A program made the position numbers and the translations under genes. This document shows positions 53,401-61,587 of a stretch of DNA of 64,000 nt, in pieces; the first letter of the stretch is position 1; the number at the start of each line of letters is the position of its first letter. Origin of the DNA: Schizochytrium sp. TIO01 (lineage: Eukaryota > Protista > Bigyra: Labyrinthulomycetes); NCBI GenBank assembly GCA_004764695.1, contig SMSO01000005.1, positions 434,001 to 498,000 on the forward strand. The letters are read 5' to 3'. The notes beneath the pieces are model-generated. The model was not told the DNA's origin and did no database searches. It worked only from the letters and a program-made list of their open reading frames with translations.

Positions 53401-53883
53401 CCGTGCAAATGCCGTCGTTCTAAGTGCCTCAAACTCTATTGCACTTGTTTCGCTGGTGAAATGCATTGTGGTGATTTATGTCTTTGCTTAAATTGCTCCA
53501 ATCGTCCAAACAATGACCGCTGGAGGAAGGCCGCGCAGTTTGCTTCGGAGAAGAAAGTCTCAGAAGCTTCTCCTATTCAGTGCCGCTGCCGCAACTCTCA
53601 GTGCTTAAAGAAATACTGCGATTGTTTTCGTGCCTCAGTTAAGTGTGGTTCTATCTGCAAATGCACAGATTGCCACAATACTGAGGCAGGCCAGCACCTG
53701 CTTGATCGCACGGATGCAGCATCACTGGAGTCGTCCTGTACTGAAGACTCAAATAGCCGTGAAGCGTTGGAATCCTTCCGTAAACAAACAACCCCGCTCA
53801 GCGCAGATCGGGATTTCGCCACGAAGAATCTTGCCATGCTGGCTTATGAAAGTCCTCGCGGTACGGCGATGACGGGCATTTGA
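50458..53883 (+). CDS. R2R3-MYB transcription factor fused to two tesmin/TSO1-like CXC (CRC) domains
   Basis: MYB repeats RGQWTPEED...QCRERW and KWSKEED...[24 protein letters not shown] (~51170-51470). CXC domains [17 protein letters not shown]...C...CLC..CSN and [16 protein letters not shown]...C...CKC.DCHN (~53400-53680). First ATG is 50458. Confidence 0.93.
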   Translation: [1141 protein letters not shown]

Positions 53884-54863
53884 AAATCATTCTTGGCCTA
53901 TGTAACAAAACTTTTGAAGAAAAGTCGCAAATATGTCCCCTTTTCTTTCTATGAATGTGCATCTACTTTTCTCTCATCCTTTCTTCTTACTGTACTCCCC
54001 TTCTCAATGTTTTGTCAGCGAAAGTAGGACTTGCACTTTGTCTTTGTTGCAACTTGTCGAAACACTTCACAAGAAAATACTCTGCTTGCTTCCTCTGTAG
54101 CGAATAGAGGAGTCTCATGTGTGGCATTTCAGTCAATCGGCAATTTCTTCTTTTCTCATTTCATTGAGGCGCTCGCCGCCAAAAGGAGAGCATCAGCATT
54201 ATTTCAGACGCTACATCTACTCCATAACACCTAAATGTCCCTGCACCAGAAAAAAAAAAAAAAAAAAAAAAGAAGCGAAGGAAAGAGACAATTCAACTCC
54301 ACCTGCTCTGATACGATTCGCTGACCTGCACTACATCACTTCGTTTTATGACTCACGCATGACACAGTCAAATAGCTCTACGAAAAACTATCTGGCTTGT
54401 GTATCGTTTGCATGTGAATCAAAGTTAACCCCCCTTTTGGTCCTTCCATCACATCTTTTCCGTATTTCTTTAAATCTGGTAACTGATCCTGTTTTGTTTA
54501 TATAATTTTTCAAGTTCCTGATGTCGTTGACTACCTTTAATTACTCTATTACGAGGGGTGTCTATGTAAACTTTCAGCTGGAGAGGCGAAATTATGGCAG
54601 CCGACTAACGCCGTTTCCAGATTATTTTGCTTTAACGGCCAGAAGCTCCACTGTTGTCCTCTCTGGAGTATATATATAGGCGCTGTATGTATAGTATGTG
54701 GAAATATTTTGCTAAACAAATGAAGCTGATTATTTTTTAAAAGAAAAATATTGAAATGGGAGATATCGCTTAAGTAAATACCTCTTACTATTCTATTGCA
54801 AATATGAATTAAATCATTCTGAGTTTAAAATGGCAATTACAGCAAAACATCGGGACGATCTAA

Positions 54864-55745
54864 TCACCACGACTGCCAAGGTGCAGGTTCTCTAACATTC
54901 AAAAGGATGAACTTTTTGCCTGACTGCCGGTTCTGCTTGGCAAAAAAGTAGGCCTTTACACCAGTAAAATGCTCCTCGCCCTTTCCAGCAATTGATGTTG
55001 AAACTGCGTGGCGGATCTCATCATAACCAGGCATGTCAGGATGAATAAATGTCGATTTACGACGGTCCTTATCATAAGCAAGCATAGGCTGAGGCGTTTC
55101 GGTAACAGGCATAGCAATCTGTACCTTTAAAATAGTAGCACCCGGGACATTGGCGGATACTGAAGGGTCATCGGTACTTGCGACAGTCTGGCGCATTTTG
55201 ATGATAGCTTGGTGTTCAAGCTTACCAGAGCGATCACCTGGTACATCAAGCTCTACAGGGATCCATCGTCCGTTGCTTAAGTCACCCCCCTGGCTTAAAG
55301 TAGAGTTTGTGTTAGGAGCTTTTGCGTGCACATGTGGTCGAGACGCGTCTCCTACAGTATACATTTGAATGACACCTGCGCGTTTGTTATCTTCCTCAAG
55401 TTGGCTTTGCAAAAGTCCATTCTTCTTCATAACTTTGCGAAGCTTTTGATCTTTTAGCTTACTGTATGGTCCACCGAGCTTCTGGATTTCCTTGAGAATC
55501 TTGTTAAAGCCAAACTCCGGGTGCTGAAATTTAATGCCCTTGATGTGCACAAGCAGCTCTTCAGTGTCGATACCATTCCCCGTTGCTACTGATGGTGGTG
55601 GCACTGCAGGTGACGAAGTTGATGTTGACATCTTGTCAGAGGATGCTGGTGTTGGCGCTGTTGCGATGGTTGGAGCTCCTTCCGTTACCTTGGGTTTCTC
55701 CTCTGCCGTGGCTTGCACGCCTGGATTTACCGTCTTCTCTGCCAT
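54864..55745 (-). CDS. Hypothetical protein with HTH-like segment and a conserved-looking C-terminal domain
   Basis: 293-aa ATG ORF with HPEFGFNKILKEI...KLRKVMKKNGL. The C-terminus reads LKVQI...PMLAYDKDR...GVKAYFFA...PWQSW. Confidence 0.7.
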   Translation of the reverse strand: MAEKTVNPGVQATAEEKPKVTEGAPTIATAPTPASSDKMSTSTSSPAVPPPSVATGNGIDTEELLVHIKGIKFQHPEFGFNKILKEIQKLGGPYSKLKDQKLRKVMKKNGLLQSQLEEDNKRAGVIQMYTVGDASRPHVHAKAPNTNSTLSQGGDLSNGRWIPVELDVPGDRSGKLEHQAIIKMRQTVASTDDPSVSANVPGATILKVQIAMPVTETPQPMLAYDKDRRKSTFIHPDMPGYDEIRHAVSTSIAGKGEEHFTGVKAYFFAKQNRQSGKKFILLNVREPAPWQSW

Positions 55746-58282
55746 GCTTGCAAAGGTCTACCAACTCAACTTGTATGAGCAATCAATTTCAGCTCCAAGG
55801 AGACTTACTCGTACGATCAACACAACCAGGGCGTAATTGTCTCACCCCAAGACAATATAAAACGTGACTTGTGAGTGAAGGTTCTTGAAGTCTGCCTGCG
55901 CAACATGACTCATGCTAGCTAGAGACAATATCCATCAAGTCAGTATCGTCTCCGACTATATGGCGCTAACAGTAGGTAGTAACAATAACTACCTAGCTAG
56001 ATGGAGTAGCTGGAGCACTCACCTCTCACAAGTTTCCAGACGCTGGGTCAAGAGAAGTAGGGAATTATGATGGAGACCAAGTCAAGTCACTAGATTCACT
56101 TTGCTTTTTCCCATCGCCACTGCTTGGGCAATGCAGTATGATAGAGAGTCATTGAAATAAATAGGCATGCATCTTATAGCTTTACTAGGTAGATGTAAAC
56201 TTATGATGCGAATCTGGCAAAGTCGCTGTTGTACTTCTCTATGAAAGAGACTTTGTTGGACTATAACTCTCATCAAAGGGAAACGGAGCAGACGTGGGTT
56301 TTCACTCAAAAGCTTCGTTTAATCAAAAGACAGAATCGCGTGACATTTCGTTTCCAAGGCGCCAAGGATCTGCAATCTGCTATAGAGAGGTGCCCTACTT
56401 ATATACTACCTACCAAATTTATCGATTGCTACTGGGTACCACATATGTACGGTAGTATTACTAAGGATGTTCGTACAAGCTGCGAGTACTTTTCTTCTGC
56501 TTGGTTCTCAAATTAATCAGCCATTGAATACTCGCAAGCTGATACTCAGTGTTTCTGTTGCAGTATCTTGAAACTGGACTTCTATTGCCAAGGTGTCTCG
56601 CCAAGGGGGCTTGAACAGCGCTCCAAACATGCTGTTATTCAGTGGGCGAGAAAACAGCCAATGCTTTCTGTATCGTCTTCAGCAGCGACGTTTTGAGATG
56701 AAAGAGCTGAGTTTCTGGCTGCCGTCGGGATGTCAGCCCTGAAATCCCAACCGCTAATACTAGCTTCGTCTCATCTGGCAGCTGACATTAGCTATTTTAC
56801 TTTTCATCTTAATACCAGCACAATGCAGGTATTATTCGAGGGTTTATACTCAAGTAGTGACACCCAAAAGGCTTCCCTGCACACTCAATTCTCAAGGACT
56901 TATTGTATGATAGCCAGCTTAAACGCTGCTCGCTTCCGAGCTGTGTCACCACTATTCCAAGAATAAAAAACTAATTTTTAATTAAGCAAGAAGCACCCTA
57001 CCTGTACTCGATGCTTCACCCATATTCTCTTGTGCTCAGAAAAGCACATATCTATTCACTACCCTCTGCATTGACTCAAATATAGAGAGCCCAATCCAGT
57101 CCAAGCCTTCAAGTTCAACTTCGTACACGACAATCTCATCGAGTTCTTCTAAAACCAAAGCTCATCCGCAATCTCTCACGAGAGCTAATGGGGTAGGAAC
57201 GTAGTATCATCATGATAGTGCTAACCTAGAAACGTAATCTATCCGCAGTCCTATTGAGAATTCTTTCCTGCTTAGCCGCCACTTAAATCCACAAGACTAT
57301 GTAGTCCACATTCTTCTACTACTACCTAACAGCTTCCATGTTATTGTTTGCAGGCCTGTGCCCCATCAATCTGCACAACCCATTTTCCAATATTTGGTAA
57401 AAGAGGCGCTTCTCATGTGGATACCTTTACCTTTTCTGGCCGTGGCCTTCCATTTTCACAAGGCGGCCCAAAAAGAGGTCTAAAATGTGCGGCCGTGACG
57501 CCACGCATAACCCTACCCTGGAAAAGAGACCCAAGGCGACTGGCGATTTCACGCCTCGACAGGCAGGACCCGATCGATTCGCGCAAAGTCTGCAGGTAGG
57601 TGCCGCGACGACGCGCTGGGCGCTGCTGCATGGCGCAGCTGCGCAGCTGAGGCCTACGGCCTCGACCCCGCTTTCGCTAGCTTCACTCCACCACCGCTGA
57701 CACTCGGCATGTCGCGATGGCGTTGTGGATGGGAACACTCATTGCTGCCATGGCTTGAAACCAACTCAAACCAGTGCCGTTCAGGGGCTACTGCGAAGCT
57801 CAACAGCACAGTTCTACGTGCCTCCTGGGATCAGCGATACCGAGCTTGATACAAGGCCTACACAGTCTTTGTCATCATCACCCTTTGGCGCACGCGTTTA
57901 TCTGGCCATATGTTCACTCTTTAACTTGGCTTTTGGACCATACATTTACTTTCCATATAATGAATGGAAACAAAGAGATAACGAATAGTGACCACTGCAG
58001 AGGGAGGAGCTCAAGACCAGAACAACAACATCATTGTAGCAGCAGAATTGCATTACTGTAGTCGCTGCAACAAAGTTGGACGCTGTTGAGGCTATTGACT
58101 GATTGAGTGGGTGTAGAAGGCTGTGTACAGGACTGGTTGTTTCTCGCTGGATAGCAGCATATAAGAGCAATCCGTAGCGGCGATGGATTACAGCAAAAGA
58201 ATGTAAATACAGTGCATGAGAACGGAGGAACTGACTGAGTGATAATTTGTTTGTGATTGTACGTGAATGTTAAACAGAAACC

Positions 58283-58813
58283 ATGGCGGAGCCGTCCGGT
58301 ACGACCGTGAAGGATGTGCCTGCCCAGGCATTTATTGAGAAGTATGCCCAGCACCTGAAGCGTCAGGGCAAGATGGAGATCCCCAAGTGGGTCGACGTCG
58401 TCAAGACCGGTACCCACAAGGAGCTCGCCCCCTACAGCGCCGACTGGTACTACATTCGTGCTGCCTCTATCGCTCGCCGTGTCTACCTTCGCCCCCACTC
58501 TGGTATTGGTGGCCTCGCCAAATGGTACGGTGGCCGTGAACGCCGTGGTGTCAAGACCGAGCACTACCACAAGGCCGCCTCTGGCCTCATCCGCCACATC
58601 CTCGCCCAGCTCGAGCTCATCAAGGTGCTCGAGAAGGACGGCAAGGGCCGTATCATCACCCGTATCGGCCAGCAGGATCTTGACCGTATCGCCGGCCAAT
58701 TGAAAGAGGAAGAGGTCGAGGAAGACGAGGACGAGGAGGATGATGATGAGGACGAAGACGAGAGCGAGGAGGAGAGCGAGAGTGAGGAGGAGAGCGACGA
58801 GGACAGCGACTAA
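58283..58813 (+). CDS. RPS19: 40S ribosomal protein S19 (eS19) with acidic C-terminal extension
   Basis: TVKDVPA..FI..YA.HLKR.GK..P.WVD.VKTG..KELAP...DWYYIRAASIARRVYLR, GR.IT..GQQDLDRIA, and strong C-ending codon bias. Confidence 0.98.
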   Translation: MAEPSGTTVKDVPAQAFIEKYAQHLKRQGKMEIPKWVDVVKTGTHKELAPYSADWYYIRAASIARRVYLRPHSGIGGLAKWYGGRERRGVKTEHYHKAASGLIRHILAQLELIKVLEKDGKGRIITRIGQQDLDRIAGQLKEEEVEEDEDEEDDDEDEDESEEESESEEESDEDSD

Positions 58814-60105
58814 AGCAACCCTTATCTGCATTTCAATAACTCGTGAGCTTATCGGTTTGTGCCGGCCCGTGACCTTTTTTTCTTTTTAGTTCAACCCTCG
58901 TGGCTGACACTGCTGCTTCCTTGCCTGTTTTTCTTGTGCCTCTCAGCTTGTCTGTCTTGTATCTGGTAACATCGGAATCAGATCATTTCGTTCCTTGATA
59001 GATTCAAGTTCTCTATTGTTGGTTATCCACCTTTTTCCCTATTAAAGAAATGTGAAACCATCTGCTTCATATAGCTTTTGTTTACGCTCTTGATTTTAAT
59101 ACTTGTTGACACAATTCCAGGTTTCTCTTGGATCATGGACTTTCGTTGGGCTGTGATACGAGACTGATCAGCCTCTTCATTTCCGAATCTAAAGACCTCG
59201 CTTAGTGCTCTATCTTAGGTGTTTGAATAACTGTGTGTTATAAAAGCAATCCTTGTGTTGATATGTGTCATGCCAGTATAAAGCTACAAACTTTCTTTTT
59301 ATATACTCATGTGTCAACATTACTTTTTACTTGTAGAATACTTGTTTTCCGATTTAGGAACAATTAATCCTGAGATTGGTTCAGAAACTTTGCAAAGCGC
59401 ATAGGACTCTTGCGTACTACATTTCAGAACGCACCCAATTGCACTAGGCCTGCTCGGAGTCTAGTATTGGCGCCTTTCGTACTTTTCAAAAGGTCGTGCA
59501 GTGTTCGTCAACAGCAATTTAAACCCAATTGATGTCTTGTCAATTGACAAAAAGCAAACCAAATAAAACTCGGCAATAGGAGACATTCTTGAAATACTGA
59601 TTTCTAGTTAATTCTCCAAATCCATGATCCAGGCTTCTAGGAGCGAAGTTCTTGCGTATCATGGTATGAATTATCCTCCAAATGTAGTGGTTATCATCAG
59701 CAATGTCACTCGCAACAGTGATTCTTCTCACAGCTGTTGCTTGGCCAATGCTCTTATCCAAATTTAATCAAATTCCTCGCAAATGCAAATATTTACAAGT
59801 CTACTCATGCTGGATGTAACCTATTTTTTACTAAATAATTCCCATATAATATAAAGGAAAGAATAATAACAATACTATCGTGTAATAGAAACGAGCACCT
59901 AATTCCTGTTCTCTAACCTGCTCAAGCCCCTTTTGGGAGGCCGGGGAGGTTTCGAGGGGGGGGAAGGGGGCAACAAGTGTTACGGGCCCTTCTCGTTCTT
60001 ACCCTACCGCCCTACGCGGTCTTTTGCTCGTGCGGCAATCTTTTGCTTGGTCTACTTGGGGGTTTATCCCAAATTTTGTTTACCCTGCTTGATCGGCTTC
60101 GCCTC

Positions 60106-61023
60106 ATGTCGTTCGGGAGTGCTGACAGACAACCTCTAGGGCCAGGGCTACTCAGCAGCGAGCCTCGGCACGCAGATTCCCCCCCTGAACCCGCTGCTTC
60201 TCGTGCTCTCGGCGCTTCAAGGCGGTCCCGAATTTTCGTTAAAACGCTCGACACGACTATTGCCGTAGAGGTGGACCCCGAGACTACCGTTGCAGACCTT
60301 CGCAGGAGACTTGTACAGAGCGAGCTTAGATCATACACGGTGGGACGAAAAGTTCGTTTTATCTACTTAGGTTTCCTGCTTAGTGACGACACCGTGCTTG
60401 TGAACCGTGTGCCGCAGGATGGAGTCATCCACTGCGTTATCTCAGAGCATAATGGTCTGGAAGGATACGAGAATAACCCCGAAGGTCGAACAGTCCCACT
60501 GGATCTCGAGGCTCTTATGGACGAAGACAGGCGTCTTGCAGAGATCTTGGAGCGTGGAGGCGAGATTGATATTGATGATGCTGGGAATGTAGACATATCT
60601 GGATACCGATCGACCTCAAATATGTCTGGAACAATGCCAAGGAGAAGCGGAGAGCGGGGTCGCCGGAGGAATGGTGGTGGCCCGGGGGGCGCGCTTGACA
60701 GTGATGGAACGATCAGTGAGGGCAGTGGAGGGTCTATTTATGGGTTTCTGCTGTCGTTTGCGTTTGGGTTCATATTTGGGTTCTTTAGTTTACTCTTTGT
60801 AAATAGGCTGGACCGTCGCCAATCTGTCGGTTTGATGCTTGGCATATCGCTCAACTTTGTTCTTTCCGCCGTAGGCCAAGCTAGTGCAGAGACCCGTCAC
60901 GCAAACCGCGCGGGATCCTTGCGTGGATCCGCCGCAGAGATAACTGTGCTAGACCGCTTTGGCAATGAGCGAATTTTCCGAGAGACTGACTTTTTGGACA
61001 GCAGCGCCCAAATCAGTCATTAA
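60106..61023 (+). CDS. Ubiquitin-like domain + C-terminal TM hairpin protein (DSC3/TMUB-like)
   Basis: UBL segment IFVKTL...VDPETTVADLR...VRFIYLGFLL.DD...VIHCVIS and two C-terminal TM helices. The start is uncertain: first ATG is 60106 and the frame is open from 59977. Confidence 0.75.
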   Translation: MSFGSADRQPLGPGLLSSEPRHADSPPEPAASRALGASRRSRIFVKTLDTTIAVEVDPETTVADLRRRLVQSELRSYTVGRKVRFIYLGFLLSDDTVLVNRVPQDGVIHCVISEHNGLEGYENNPEGRTVPLDLEALMDEDRRLAEILERGGEIDIDDAGNVDISGYRSTSNMSGTMPRRSGERGRRRNGGGPGGALDSDGTISEGSGGSIYGFLLSFAFGFIFGFFSLLFVNRLDRRQSVGLMLGISLNFVLSAVGQASAETRHANRAGSLRGSAAEITVLDRFGNERIFRETDFLDSSAQISH

Positions 61024-61587
61024 TCTTTGTTGTACTTTCAAAGGCCATGTTCTGATTCTCTTTGCAGGGATGCTTAACTTGCCAAACTATAGTCTTGTGC
61101 ATATGCTATGACTCGCTTGCCACATAATTTGTATGTATGTCTTTGCAGCATGAAAATACCTTAAACACAGAAGTACCATTTTCATTTTAACTGATTACTT
61201 TTCTTACTTGTTCGTAAAAGGACACGGTGCTGGCTTATAATTCGATGTGAACATGTGCAAACGGTTTTATAATAAATCAAATTGGAGAGGAAACAGAATA
61301 TTTATTCAAGCTCTTTTCGTTTAAAAGCAAAACAAAACAGAAATACACTGCCGGCGTTCTTTTGAAGTGCAATTCCAGTATACTAACCACCTAAGGCACT
61401 CGTCATGTGAGATATCCAGTACTCTTAAGCTGTTATATATGTGTCTATCGATAAGTTTGAACGGGGAGAGATTTAGCCGGTGACCTGACGAATTGATAAA
61501 GTCTGAGGACATCAAAGTTATGTACACCCATCATGCATTCTATAAGGACTAGACACAAGAATATTATAACAACTGTTGTCTAGAGTG

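Noticed and set aside
39448-54270. Simple repeats: (TAAA)n ~39448, (GTTTA)n ~44005, poly-A 54250-54271
   Set aside because: Ordinary short microsatellites, not telomeric arrays or clear retroelement tails.
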